Made by a program: the position numbers and the translations under genes. The notes beneath the pieces are model-generated. The model was given only the letters and a program-made list of their open reading frames with translations, did not search any database and was not told the origin of the DNA. 64,000 nt of DNA from an uncultured Candidatus Bathyarchaeia archaeon. Its GTDB lineage: Archaea > Thermoproteota > Bathyarchaeia > Bathyarchaeales > Bathycorpusculaceae. This document shows positions 19,830-29,711 of the stretch, in pieces (position 1 is the first letter of the stretch; every line of letters begins with the position of its first letter). Where the stretch lies: positions 60,772 to 124,771 of the forward strand of contig CAYRSV010000002.1 of NCBI GenBank assembly GCA_964427115.1, given 5' to 3'.

Positions 19830-20642
19830 ATGACAGACAAGGTTGCGATTTTGGGCGCAGGTATGATGGGTGGAGCCATAACTAAGAGCTTGCTTAAGAA
19901 TGGTTACAAGGGCAGTATTACTGCTGCTGATTGTGCTCCTGAACGGCTAAAAGAAATGCAAGCCTGTGGAGCTTGCATAGCTGAAGATAACCGCAAAGCT
20001 GCAGCAGAAGCCGATATAATCTTCATTTGTGTAAAACCTGCTGATGTGGAAAGCCTGCTAAATGAAATCAGCAAAGAAATCAAAGGTAAAATTGTTATTT
20101 CTATTGCAGCAACATTACCTATTACGTTCTTAAATAGAACTGTTCCTGATGCAAAATTTGTGCGTGCTATGCCTAATCTAGCGATATTAGTTCAAGAAGC
20201 TTACATTGCATATTGTTGCACTGAAAACATACCTGTCGAAGATAAAGCAAAGGTTGCTGCACTACTAAATATGATGGGCAAAAGCGAAGAAGTTGATGAG
20301 AAATATATGGATGCAATTACAGGTCTTTCTGGTAGCGGACCAGGTTACTTAGCAGTTATCGCTGAAGCTATGATCTACGGTGGACTAAAAGTAGGCTTAC
20401 CGCGGAATATTGCATTGAACGCTTCTGCGCAAACAATGTTAGGTACTGCAAAACTTGTCCTTGAATTACAAGAGAGTCCTGCGAAGATCAAAGATATGGT
20501 AACTACCCCAGGCGGCACTACTATCGAAGCTATATATGCACTTGAAGGAAGTCAGGTTCGACAAGCATTGATGCAGGCAATTGAAGAAGCGACCTTAAAG
20601 AGCCAAAAAATCCGTGAGAAAATCTGCAAAGATATCCAATAG
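19830..20642 (+). CDS. proC: pyrroline-5-carboxylate reductase
   Basis: VAILGAGMMGGAI Rossmann motif, VTTPGGTTIEA. AGGTGG lies 9 nt upstream of the ATG at 19830. Confidence 0.9.
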   Translation: MTDKVAILGAGMMGGAITKSLLKNGYKGSITAADCAPERLKEMQACGACIAEDNRKAAAEADIIFICVKPADVESLLNEISKEIKGKIVISIAATLPITFLNRTVPDAKFVRAMPNLAILVQEAYIAYCCTENIPVEDKAKVAALLNMMGKSEEVDEKYMDAITGLSGSGPGYLAVIAEAMIYGGLKVGLPRNIALNASAQTMLGTAKLVLELQESPAKIKDMVTTPGGTTIEAIYALEGSQVRQALMQAIEEATLKSQKIREKICKDIQ

Positions 20643-20669
20643 CTGTGCATTTGTGGAATATGCATCTGT

Positions 20670-21329
20670 ATGTTTGAAGCTGTCATTTTCGATTGGGACG
20701 GAACTTTAGCTGATACACGAAATGTTCTGCTAGTCTCATTCAGAAAAGCACTACATAGCATAAATTGTGAGGTTAGCGACGAGTTAATCGAGCGGCGTAT
20801 TGGCATCGGAACAGTGAACACTTTCAAAGAAATATTAATCGAAAAAGGCGTAAGCTATGATGACGCTTTGATTAATAAACTTTTAAGAATAAAGGTTCAA
20901 ACGGAGATCAACTTAAGCAAGCAAATTTCGCTTTTCGAAGGTGCCCAAGAACTACTGGAGGATCTTGATGGTAAGATCAAAGTAGCCTTGGCCTCTATGA
21001 ATCAACGTGAATTCATCGATCATATGCTTAAAGAAAAGAGAATTCAAAAATTCTTCAATGTAATTCTAACAGCAAACGAAATCAACAAGCCAAAGCCTGA
21101 CCCAGAAATTTTTTTGAAAACAGCACAGCAACTCGGAGTAAAGCCAGAATGCTGTGTAGTTGTGGAGGATTCCATTTTTGGGGTAAAAGCTGCTAAATCG
21201 GCGAATATGGGCTGCATTGCCGTAGCTCAGGGTGCTTACTCAAAAGAAGAGCTTTGTTCTGCTAATCCCGACTTAATTGTGCCCTCTCTGAAAGAAAAAG
21301 CTGCTATACTTAGTCTAATTTTCGGTTAA
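20670..21329 (+). CDS. HAD-superfamily hydrolase
   Basis: IFDWDGTLADT motif I, KPKPDPEIF, VVVEDSIFGVKAAKSA. Confidence 0.85.
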   Translation: MFEAVIFDWDGTLADTRNVLLVSFRKALHSINCEVSDELIERRIGIGTVNTFKEILIEKGVSYDDALINKLLRIKVQTEINLSKQISLFEGAQELLEDLDGKIKVALASMNQREFIDHMLKEKRIQKFFNVILTANEINKPKPDPEIFLKTAQQLGVKPECCVVVEDSIFGVKAAKSANMGCIAVAQGAYSKEELCSANPDLIVPSLKEKAAILSLIFG

Positions 21330-21445
21330 ACCTAATTTTTTCACTGTTATTGTATAATGACAATCACATAACCTTAAGAGTTTTTTAAAGTAAGACATAA
21401 TGTGCACAGTAGTAGTGCCGATTTTGAAGAATTTTCCTTTGTGAG

Positions 21446-21712
21446 ATGACTATGTTTGGCGAAGTTTTAGGCATGGAAAAATACCGTTCGCGCAAGTTTC
21501 AGGTCCTATTTTTGCGCAATGACCGTCCAGATGTTGAAATACATGAAGTAGGTGAAGTAGATTATCTTACGGTACAGGAGCATCTAGAGCAAGGCGGGTC
21601 AGTATTTATAACTAGTCGCAGCTCACAGAAGATCAAACCGCCAAGACAAAAAACCCGAAGCTCTCGGCCTTCAAAAACAAGAATGGCTACTGCATTCTAC
21701 TTAGATACGTAG
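21446..21712 (+). CDS. hypothetical protein
   Basis: 88-aa ORF with a basic C-terminus and no recognisable motif. Confidence 0.35.
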   Translation: MTMFGEVLGMEKYRSRKFQVLFLRNDRPDVEIHEVGEVDYLTVQEHLEQGGSVFITSRSSQKIKPPRQKTRSSRPSKTRMATAFYLDT

Positions 21713-21731
21713 GGGAGAAAATGTACTATGT

Positions 21732-21799
21732 GGCGTGCATCCTTTTTGAATTCCTCTTCCTCCCCTCTCTCCTCCTTTGAGTTTATGTGGATGCACGCC
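21732..21799. repeat. 11-bp inverted repeat enclosing a 28-nt all-pyrimidine tract
   Basis: ggcgtgcatcc (21732-21742) pairs with ggatgcacgcc (21789-21799). The loop contains ttcctcttcctcccctctctcctccttt (21751-21778). Confidence 0.6.
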
Positions 21800-21895
21800 G
21801 CACTCGCTTATTAACAGTTGTTTGATCAACTTTTTAGGCTAACCGCTATCTTATTTGATTAAAAACTATGCTTATTATTTCTTTGTCCAAGCAAG

Positions 21896-22426
21896 CTATA
21901 GTGGTATTGCTTGATGCAATTGGGTGAGGCGTTTTATGGTTGCTTTGCAGAAGTCTGGTAAATCCGCGGGTGAGCGAGATGTTATTAAGTTTCCGTCAAT
22001 AACTGCGGGTTCATCTATGACTTTTGCGCCTGCGTTTCTCAGGTCAGTTCTTACTGAAGGCCAGCTTGTCATGGTTCTATCTTTGACTATATTTGCCTCA
22101 ATGAGTACTTGAGGTCCATGACATATGGCAGCTATAACTTTTCCTTGATTATTTGCTTCTCTTATGATATTTACTAGGCCACTGTTAAGGCGCATTCGGT
22201 CAGGTGCTTGGCCGCCAGGAACAATTATTGCATCATACTCATCTACGTTGACGCTGTCGGGTGCAATGTCGGCTTTGAAAGGTACACCGTGTTTTCCATT
22301 ATACATTTTCCCCGCTTCAGGTGCCACAATAGTCATTTGGTAGCCCTCTTCCTGAAATCGGTAGTAGGGGTAAATGAACTCGGCTTCTTCTACACCTCTT
22401 TCTAAGAAAATTAGCATTTTGGCCAT
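21896..22426 (-). CDS. pfpI: DJ-1/PfpI family intracellular protease/deglycase
   Basis: AAICHGPQVL nucleophile elbow, YDAIIVPGG; 176 aa. Confidence 0.9.
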   Translation of the reverse strand: MAKMLIFLERGVEEAEFIYPYYRFQEEGYQMTIVAPEAGKMYNGKHGVPFKADIAPDSVNVDEYDAIIVPGGQAPDRMRLNSGLVNIIREANNQGKVIAAICHGPQVLIEANIVKDRTMTSWPSVRTDLRNAGAKVIDEPAVIDGNLITSRSPADLPDFCKATIKRLTQLHQAIPL

Positions 22427-22712
22427 TTATAATCCACCTAAAAATTGTATGGTGTACTAATGTTGTAAAGGATATAAATATTAACTGTTTCATGTTTGGG
22501 TAAACATTGACTTATTTTACGAGCACATCTGTGCAATATAAAGACAAAAAGAACGAAAATCGATAGGGCATCTCTTTCTAGGGTACTCTGATCATGAATT
22601 TTATAGACAATGCTTAAAAGATGATTTAGCCATTGAATTCGAGCTAATTCAAAGTAGGAACATTGGCTACCAAAATGACATTGGCTTTAAGGATAAAAGA
22701 TAGGCTATTTCT

Positions 22713-23411
22713 TTAGGGTTCAGCTTTTTCCTGATCTTTATTTATGCATTCAATTAGAACTGGCACGTCAGTTATTGAATCTATAATGCAGTGTGCACCT
22801 GCATTTATTAGCTGTTTTTTGGTTGAAACTCCAGTAGTTAACCCAACACCTAGGACGTTTAGTTCTTTTGCACTTTGAATGTCGCTTACACTGTCACCAA
22901 CGACTATTGTTTCAGACGGTGATACTTCTAGTATTTTAAGTGCCGTCTCAATATGATTTGGGTGAGGCTTTACATCAGCAACATTTTCTCGGGGAATTGT
23001 AGCATCAAAGTATTGGGTAAGTCTGAAACGTTTTAAAATATAGTTAGTTGTTTTTTGGCTATTGATAGTGCATAAAGCTATTTTTAGACCTGTCAGCTTA
23101 AGTGCTTTGAGTGTGTCGTTTACTCCTGGTAAAAGATTTGTAGTGGCTGCGGCCTCAAGCTCATACTTTTCAGCAATAGTTAATGCTTCCATGCGGACTT
23201 GCTGTATTGCGCTTTCTGGCTTACCGGCATTCTTCATAAAGAGCTCTGTTTTCTTAAGCATATCAAAGATATTCTCATTAACCTTAAGAATAGATGCTGG
23301 AATACCCATATTCAGCAGGTGCCCACGGACCTCTGCGCGGAGCGCTTTAAAGTCCAAATTGAAGCTAGTTAATGTTCCATCTAAATCAAAGATAACTGCT
23401 TTTATGGGCAC
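22713..23411 (-). CDS. HAD-superfamily hydrolase (phosphatase)
   Basis: IFDLDGTLT motif I, VKPHPNHI, VVGDSVSDIQSAKE. Confidence 0.85.
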   Translation of the reverse strand: MPIKAVIFDLDGTLTSFNLDFKALRAEVRGHLLNMGIPASILKVNENIFDMLKKTELFMKNAGKPESAIQQVRMEALTIAEKYELEAAATTNLLPGVNDTLKALKLTGLKIALCTINSQKTTNYILKRFRLTQYFDATIPRENVADVKPHPNHIETALKILEVSPSETIVVGDSVSDIQSAKELNVLGVGLTTGVSTKKQLINAGAHCIIDSITDVPVLIECINKDQEKAEP

Positions 23412-24103
23412 GAATTGTTCCTCTCAAACTTTGAAACTGGTAAAGCAATTTTACTATGGAACATATACTTTGTGGTAAAGAATGGGTGCGTTGAATATCT
23501 TTTTAGGGATGCAAAAACTAACAGTTTTATAGTTTTTCTTATCACACTCTTTGATGTATAAAAGAATACTGGAATAAACGTAATCAAGCTCTTTAGAACA
23601 TGATTACCAAAGCATAATTGATGAGATAGTTTTAAGCAACTTCCATATCGTTTACGTACATCAAGGCATTTATGCAAACTAGCAAATGGCCACAAAGAAC
23701 GTAGGCGCTGAAGCTGGCTGTCTAGTTATTTGTAAAGAACGTGGAGGATATCACACTATGATTTGGGGGCAATTACTTAAAACCTGTCAATATTCCCTTA
23801 TTCAGGTAACAAAAACCCAAAATGGCTTTATAATTGAGCCCTGCAGCTTTATCTTTCATCCAAGTAAGCATCTACGCTAATATAAATAATCAATTGTATT
23901 GTTGCTCAGTATTTTACTAGCAAACAAATAAAAAGTGGGCTGTGTAGGTTTGAGTGTCTATCGCCCATAAGCGAAATCTGCATTCATGCCTGCTGTTGGC
24001 GATTTCGGAATTTCTTTTCAAGAAGAGAGTGAGTATGAATGCGTAACCTTTAATTTCGGCATTTACAGGAAGCCTACATACGGAAAAGAAGGTCAACAAT
24101 GAC

Positions 24104-27013
24104 ATGGTAACTCTAAACCTTGACAAAATCTTCAATCCTCAAAGCGTAGTCATTATTGGCGCAAGCGACAAAGAGGGGTCAGTTGGTCACGCGATAGTTA
24201 AAAATTTTACCCAACTAGGCTATACCGGTAAAGTCTATTTTGTTAATCCCAGAAAACCTGAGCTTTTTGGAGTAAAAACTTACCCGACAGTACTTGCTGT
24301 CCCTGAACCATGCGATTTAGCAATGATTGCTACTCCTGCGCCAACAGTTCCAGCTATAGTGGAAGAATGTGGAAAAGCGGGAGTAAAAGGTGCAATTATT
24401 GTTTCAGCGGGTTTCAAGGAAATAGGTCCTGAAGGAAAAGCTCTGGAAGAAAAAATAATTGACCTATCCAAAAAATACAATATACGCATTATTGGTCCAA
24501 ACTGCATAGGCATCATCCGTCCGAGAATTAATCTTAATGCCACATTCTTAGATAAAGTACCAAAACCCGGTAATGTGGCTTTCATTTCTCAAAGCGGTGC
24601 CTTAGGTGCAGCTATTTTGGATTATGCTATTAACGAAAATATCGGGTTTAGCAATTTCGTCTCCATAGGTTCAATGGTTGACGTCGACTTTGGCGACCTT
24701 ATTGACTACTTTGGTACTGATCCGAAAACAAAAAGTATCCTTATGTATATTGAAGGTATAACTGATGCTCGCAAATTCATGAGTGCTGCTCGACACTTTG
24801 CAAGAACTAAACCTATTATTGTAGTGAAATCCGGTAAATTTACTGAAAGCGCCAAAGCAGCAGCGTCACATACTGGCTCAATGTCTGGTGAAGACTCCAT
24901 TTACGATGCAGTGTTCAAACGTGCAGGTGTAGTACGTGTTGATGAAATAGCTGATTTATTTAACTCAGCTGAAGTACTAAGCACTCAGCCCTTGCCTAAA
25001 GGTCCAAATATTGCCATCATAACTAATGCTGGCGGACCAGGTGTAATGACTTCTGACGCAGTTATAGGTGCAGGCGGAAAACTGGCTAAAATCAGCCAGA
25101 AAACTATTGAATCGCTCAACAAGGTACTTTCTCCTTTCTGGAGTCATGGTAACCCCGTTGATGTTCTAGGTGACGCTTCTCCTGAAGCTTACCGTGCTGC
25201 AGTTGAGGCATGCATAAATGATGAAAACGTTGATGGTGTAATCGTCGTTTTGACTCCACAAGCAGTAACAAAACCAATAGAAACTGCCAACGCACTAGTT
25301 GATTTAGTGAAGAATCAGGCTTACCAGAACAAGACCATACTAACTTCGTTTATAGGTTTTGGCAAAGTAGCTGAAGCGAACGCAATTCTAAATGCAAACA
25401 ATATCCCAACTTATTCTACGCCTGAACAAGCTGTTAAGACCTACATGTACATGTACCAGTATCAGCGCAATATTGAATTACTCTACGAAACACCTGAAGA
25501 ATTACCAGTTGATGCTGCACCACCAAGACGTCCAATTAACGTAATATTTAAAAACGCTGCCTCTGAAGACCGTGAAGTCCTAACTGAAGATGAAGCTAAA
25601 AAGATACTCAAATACTACAACTTCCCAGTCGTGAGAACCGAGGTCGCTAACAACGTAGAGGAAGCAGTTGCCTTTGCACAGCAAATGGGATTCCCTGTTG
25701 TTATGAAAATACTCTCGCCACAGATTATTCACAAGAGCGATGCTGGCGGTGTCATCCTTAACATACACTCAGAAGCCGAAGTGCGTCAAGCCTTTGAAAC
25801 ACTTATTCAGCGTGCAACCGCCTACAACCCTGATGCCCAGATAATCGGCGCAACGATCCAACCTATGGTCCAAATGAAAGGCACCGAAATTATCATTGGT
25901 GGAAAAACTGATCCCGTCTTTGGTCCAACCATCTTATTTGGCATGGGCGGTGTCGGTGTTGAACTCTTCAAAGACTACGCAATGGGTATTCCACCATTAA
26001 ACACCACGCTCATAAAACGCTTACTCGAAGAAACTAAAGTCTTCAGACTCCTCAAAGGCTATCGTGGTACTCCCCCTGCAAATATCAAGAAACTCGAGGA
26101 AACCCTGCTACTCTTCTCACAGCTACTTACTGATTTCCCGCAGATAAAAGAAATCGACATAAACCCCTTGCTCATTAACGAGAAAGATGCTACTATACTT
26201 GACGCCAGGATAATCATTGACAAAGATGCTGTCTACAAGAAATTCGAGCCCCACGAACACATGATTGTTAGTCCATATCCGAAAAAATATGAAACCATTT
26301 GGAAACTTAAAAATGGCCAAGATGTGCTCCTACGACCAATCAAGCCCGAAGATGAATTTATGTGGCTAGAAATGTTCCAGAGCCTGTCAGAGGAATCCAT
26401 ACGCTACCGTTTCTTCCAGATGCTCAAAGACACCCCACATGAAGTTCGCGTTCGATACTGCAACATAGACTACGACCGTGAGGTTGCTATAGTTGCTGAA
26501 CTTATGGAAGGGGGACGACGAAAACTCTTAGGTGTAAGTCGCCTCAATATTGAACCCGACGGAAAACACGGTGAAATGTCCTTCCTAGTAAGTGACCGCT
26601 ACCAAGGCTTAGGTCTAGGAACCAAACTAGTCGATTATACATTAGACATTGCTAAAGAGAAAGGCGTTGAAAACCTATACGCCATTATGCTGCCTGACAA
26701 CTACCGTGCAATTAGCCTAACCAGAAAAATGGGCTTCGACCTCGAATACCTCAGCGACAGCACCGTCAAAGGCACACTCGATCTTAGGGAAGAAATCTTA
26801 CAAGATAAATGCCCCTACCTACCAGAACCGCCAAAAACTGAAGTTAAAACTGAAGAAAAACCTGCGTCTAAAACTGAAGCTAAAGCAAAAACAGATGTCA
26901 AAGCTGAAAAGTCAGCAAAGCAAGACGAATCGAAACAGAAAGAAGAGCCGCTATCTCAAGTAATCTACGTCACTGAGAAAAAAGATTCTAAATCCGAAGC
27001 TGCACCATCCTGA
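24104..27013 (+). CDS. ADP-forming acyl-CoA synthetase (alpha+beta) fused to a GNAT acetyltransferase (Pat-like), with a Lys/Glu-rich tail
   Basis: CoA-binding VVIIGASDKEGSVGHAI, phospho-His loop AASHTGSMSG, ATP-grasp region, GNAT motif A RYQGLGLGTKLVDY, then a 63-aa K/E/T-rich tail. Confidence 0.9.
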   Translation: MVTLNLDKIFNPQSVVIIGASDKEGSVGHAIVKNFTQLGYTGKVYFVNPRKPELFGVKTYPTVLAVPEPCDLAMIATPAPTVPAIVEECGKAGVKGAIIVSAGFKEIGPEGKALEEKIIDLSKKYNIRIIGPNCIGIIRPRINLNATFLDKVPKPGNVAFISQSGALGAAILDYAINENIGFSNFVSIGSMVDVDFGDLIDYFGTDPKTKSILMYIEGITDARKFMSAARHFARTKPIIVVKSGKFTESAKAAASHTGSMSGEDSIYDAVFKRAGVVRVDEIADLFNSAEVLSTQPLPKGPNIAIITNAGGPGVMTSDAVIGAGGKLAKISQKTIESLNKVLSPFWSHGNPVDVLGDASPEAYRAAVEACINDENVDGVIVVLTPQAVTKPIETANALVDLVKNQAYQNKTILTSFIGFGKVAEANAILNANNIPTYSTPEQAVKTYMYMYQYQRNIELLYETPEELPVDAAPPRRPINVIFKNAASEDREVLTEDEAKKILKYYNFPVVRTEVANNVEEAVAFAQQMGFPVVMKILSPQIIHKSDAGGVILNIHSEAEVRQAFETLIQRATAYNPDAQIIGATIQPMVQMKGTEIIIGGKTDPVFGPTILFGMGGVGVELFKDYAMGIPPLNTTLIKRLLEETKVFRLLKGYRGTPPANIKKLEETLLLFSQLLTDFPQIKEIDINPLLINEKDATILDARIIIDKDAVYKKFEPHEHMIVSPYPKKYETIWKLKNGQDVLLRPIKPEDEFMWLEMFQSLSEESIRYRFFQMLKDTPHEVRVRYCNIDYDREVAIVAELMEGGRRKLLGVSRLNIEPDGKHGEMSFLVSDRYQGLGLGTKLVDYTLDIAKEKGVENLYAIMLPDNYRAISLTRKMGFDLEYLSDSTVKGTLDLREEILQDKCPYLPEPPKTEVKTEEKPASKTEAKAKTDVKAEKSAKQDESKQKEEPLSQVIYVTEKKDSKSEAAPS

Positions 27014-27055
27014 CATACAGCAAAGTGACTAGATAGAATCTAGCGCATAACAAAC

Positions 27056-27089
27056 ATTTTTCTTTTTATGCTTTTTTTGCATTATTTTT
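27056..27089 (+). terminator. oligo-T tracts after the ACD-GNAT gene
   Basis: tttttctttttatgctttttttgcattattttt downstream of the stop codon. Confidence 0.4.
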
Positions 27090-27308
27090 ACGTATACTAT
27101 CTTATGCATCTCTGTCTGATCATCAAGGCACAGTCTGTAAAATCTGATTATATAATGGATTAATTAGCGAGAATAGGTCTGAAACTTTATGTAGCTGACA
27201 TCGACTTTTAGTTTCTATACATGTACTGGGCATCTATAGATTTTAACTCCTAGATGAGTAGCCGCCTGAGTCTATTTTGCCCTGTATAATGAGGGGAGGT
27301 TACTGTCC

Positions 27309-27854
27309 ATGACAGAAAAAGCCGCAGATAAAGAACCCATAAAGGCTTCCGAATTTGATCCACAATTCAAATACCAACTTACCCGTATGCCTGGCGGCGA
27401 GAAACTTTTAAAGTGTTTTCAATGTGGCACCTGCACATCTGATTGCCCGATTGCAAGGTTTAGCGACACTTATCGACCCCGTACAATTATCCGCATGGCG
27501 CAATTAGGGCTCAAAGATCGTGCCCTAAAGAATGATACGATATGGTTGTGTACTGCCTGCTTTACCTGTACTGACCGTTGCCCTCAAGGTGTTGAGGTTG
27601 CCAGTGTCATACGGGTTCTAAGAAATTTGGCTGCTGAAAACGGCTGCGTACCACAGGTCTTTAAGGACCAGGCAACAAACATCCTAAAGTCCGGTTATGC
27701 TTTCGAAATACCCGAGTTACGAATAAAGAAACGTGAAACCTTAGGATTACCACCTCTGCCCAAAGGCAACTCTGAAAGCATACATAAGAGCCTGAAAGGG
27801 ATCGCCTTCACAAAACATGTTGAAAATAAAGGTGAACAGAATGGGCAACAATAA
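27309..27854 (+). CDS. hdrC: heterodisulfide reductase subunit C-like (2x[4Fe-4S])
   Basis: CFQCGTCTSDCP and CTACFTCTDRCP motifs; GGGGAGG upstream of the ATG. Confidence 0.88.
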   Translation: MTEKAADKEPIKASEFDPQFKYQLTRMPGGEKLLKCFQCGTCTSDCPIARFSDTYRPRTIIRMAQLGLKDRALKNDTIWLCTACFTCTDRCPQGVEVASVIRVLRNLAAENGCVPQVFKDQATNILKSGYAFEIPELRIKKRETLGLPPLPKGNSESIHKSLKGIAFTKHVENKGEQNGQQ

Positions 27855-28737
27855 GTATTTGATGTTCCTTGGCTGCTCCATTCCTTACCGCGTTTTAAGT
27901 TTTGAACTCTCTTCACGTAAAGTTCTAGCACGGCTTGGCGTGGAATTAATGGAGATGCCACAGTTCAATTGTTGTGGCTTGCCTTTGGACCCTGTTAGCC
28001 ATGAAATGATGCTGGTTCTAGCTGCAAGAAATTTAGCATTAGCTGAGCGGACAGGTCTGGACATAATCACGCTTTGCCCCGGCTGTGCCGGTACACTAAA
28101 GAAAGTTAATGCCATGCTAAACAAGGACAAAGCTCTCCGCGAACAGATTAACACGCACCTAAAAGAATCCGGTCTAGAATTTCGAGGTAGCGTAACTACC
28201 AAACACTTACTGCAGGTTCTCATGGAAGATATCGGTATAGAAAAAATAAAAGCTAATGTTACAAGGCCGCTGACAATGTTAAATGTGGCTGAACATAATG
28301 GATGCCACATACTTAGACCTAAGGAATACATAGGCTTTGATGATCCTGAAAACCCACAGATGCTTAAGGCACTTATTGAGGTAACGGGGGCTACTTGCTT
28401 AGATTATATTGATGAGACTGAGTGCTGTGGTGCTCCAAGCGTAGGCGTTAATGACAAAATGGCGTTACAACTGGCCAGAGATAAACTTAACCATATAAAA
28501 ATGGTTGAGGCACAGGCGTTAATTACGATTTGCCCATTTTGCCATATTATGTATGATACAAATGAATTACGTATAGAGAAAATATTTAATGAAGCATATG
28601 GCATTCCAGTTCTGCATTACCCCCAACTGCTCGGATTGGCAATGGGCATGACACCTGAAGAACTTGCCTTTAACGAGCTCAGGGTTAACGCTTCAGAACT
28701 AATAAAACGAATTAACGAAGGTGTAAAAACAAAATGA
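27841..28737 (+). CDS. hdrB: heterodisulfide reductase subunit B-like (two CCG domains)
   Basis: FNCCGLP and ECCGAP CCG motifs. The ATG at 27841 is preceded by AGGTGA and overlaps the hdrC stop. Confidence 0.88.
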   Translation: MGNNKYLMFLGCSIPYRVLSFELSSRKVLARLGVELMEMPQFNCCGLPLDPVSHEMMLVLAARNLALAERTGLDIITLCPGCAGTLKKVNAMLNKDKALREQINTHLKESGLEFRGSVTTKHLLQVLMEDIGIEKIKANVTRPLTMLNVAEHNGCHILRPKEYIGFDDPENPQMLKALIEVTGATCLDYIDETECCGAPSVGVNDKMALQLARDKLNHIKMVEAQALITICPFCHIMYDTNELRIEKIFNEAYGIPVLHYPQLLGLAMGMTPEELAFNELRVNASELIKRINEGVKTK

Positions 28738-29711
28738 GCCAAAAACTGAAAATTGCCTTCTACTGGGCTGCAAGCTGCGGCGGCTGCGAAATAGCAGTAC
28801 TAGACACTAACGAGAAAATCCTTGACATAGCAAAAATGGCTGATATAGTCTTCTGGCCAGTTGCTATTGACACTAAATACGAAGCCGTAGAAGCAATGCC
28901 AGACAAACACATAGACATAACTTTCTTTAATGGTTCCATCAGGAACTCAGAGCAAGAGCATATGGCTAAGCTTCTACGCCAAAAATCCAAGACACTTGTC
29001 GCTTTCGGTTCCTGTGCGCATGAAGGTTGCATACCTGGCTTAGCAAATCTTAACGACCGCAACGAAATCTTCAGTCAAGTCTACATAAAAGACAAGTCAA
29101 ATGTAAACCCCAATGTGATTACGCCAAAAACAGTCACCCAAGTTAAAGAAGGCGCCTTAAAGCTTCCAGAGTTCTATGACACCGTAAGTACGTTGGCTCA
29201 AACTGTTGATGTAGATTATTACCTGCCCGGTTGCCCACCTCCTGTCAAACTTATTAGCGACGCAATAGATGCCGTAGCCCAAGGTAAGTTACCGCCGAAG
29301 GGATCAGTTCTTGCACCGCTAAAAGCGGTCTGTGATGAATGCCCCCGCAAACGCGAAAACAAGAAAATCACCCAATTACACCGTGTCCACGAGAAGATTC
29401 CTGACCCTGATCGCTGTCTAATGGAGCAAGGCATACTATGCATGGGTATGGCCACTAGAAGTGGATGTGGCGCACAATGCCTTAAAGTTGACATGCCCTG
29501 CACAGGCTGCGGTGGCGCAGCGCCCAACCAGCCTGAAGTTGGCGCTGGCATGATAACAGCTTTAGCCTCCATACTCGGCTTAGGTGAAGAGCCCGGTCAA
29601 TATACCGATGAAGATGTCGAAAAGCTCATGGCTCAGATAAAGGATCCCGTTGGCACCTTCTACATGTACAGTCTTCCAGCTTCTATTCTAAGAAGAAAGG
29701 TGAAAAAATAA
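28734..29711 (+). CDS. mvhG: [NiFe]-hydrogenase small subunit, Mvh/group-3 type
   Basis: WAASCGGCEIAVLD proximal-cluster motif, C-terminal Cys clusters. ATGA overlap with hdrB. Confidence 0.85.
   Translation: MSQKLKIAFYWAASCGGCEIAVLDTNEKILDIAKMADIVFWPVAIDTKYEAVEAMPDKHIDITFFNGSIRNSEQEHMAKLLRQKSKTLVAFGSCAHEGCIPGLANLNDRNEIFSQVYIKDKSNVNPNVITPKTVTQVKEGALKLPEFYDTVSTLAQTVDVDYYLPGCPPPVKLISDAIDAVAQGKLPPKGSVLAPLKAVCDECPRKRENKKITQLHRVHEKIPDPDRCLMEQGILCMGMATRSGCGAQCLKVDMPCTGCGGAAPNQPEVGAGMITALASILGLGEEPGQYTDEDVEKLMAQIKDPVGTFYMYSLPASILRRKVKK

Noticed and set aside
23402-24135. Three ORFs (23402..23695 -, 23686..23880 +, 23917..24135 -) in the 0.7 kb gap before the ACD-GNAT gene. These include a possible 40-aa version, MIWGQLLK.., preceded by GGAGGA.
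   Set aside because: No recognisable motif, and the ORFs overlap one another. The SD-like word alone is not enough, so the gap is left unannotated.
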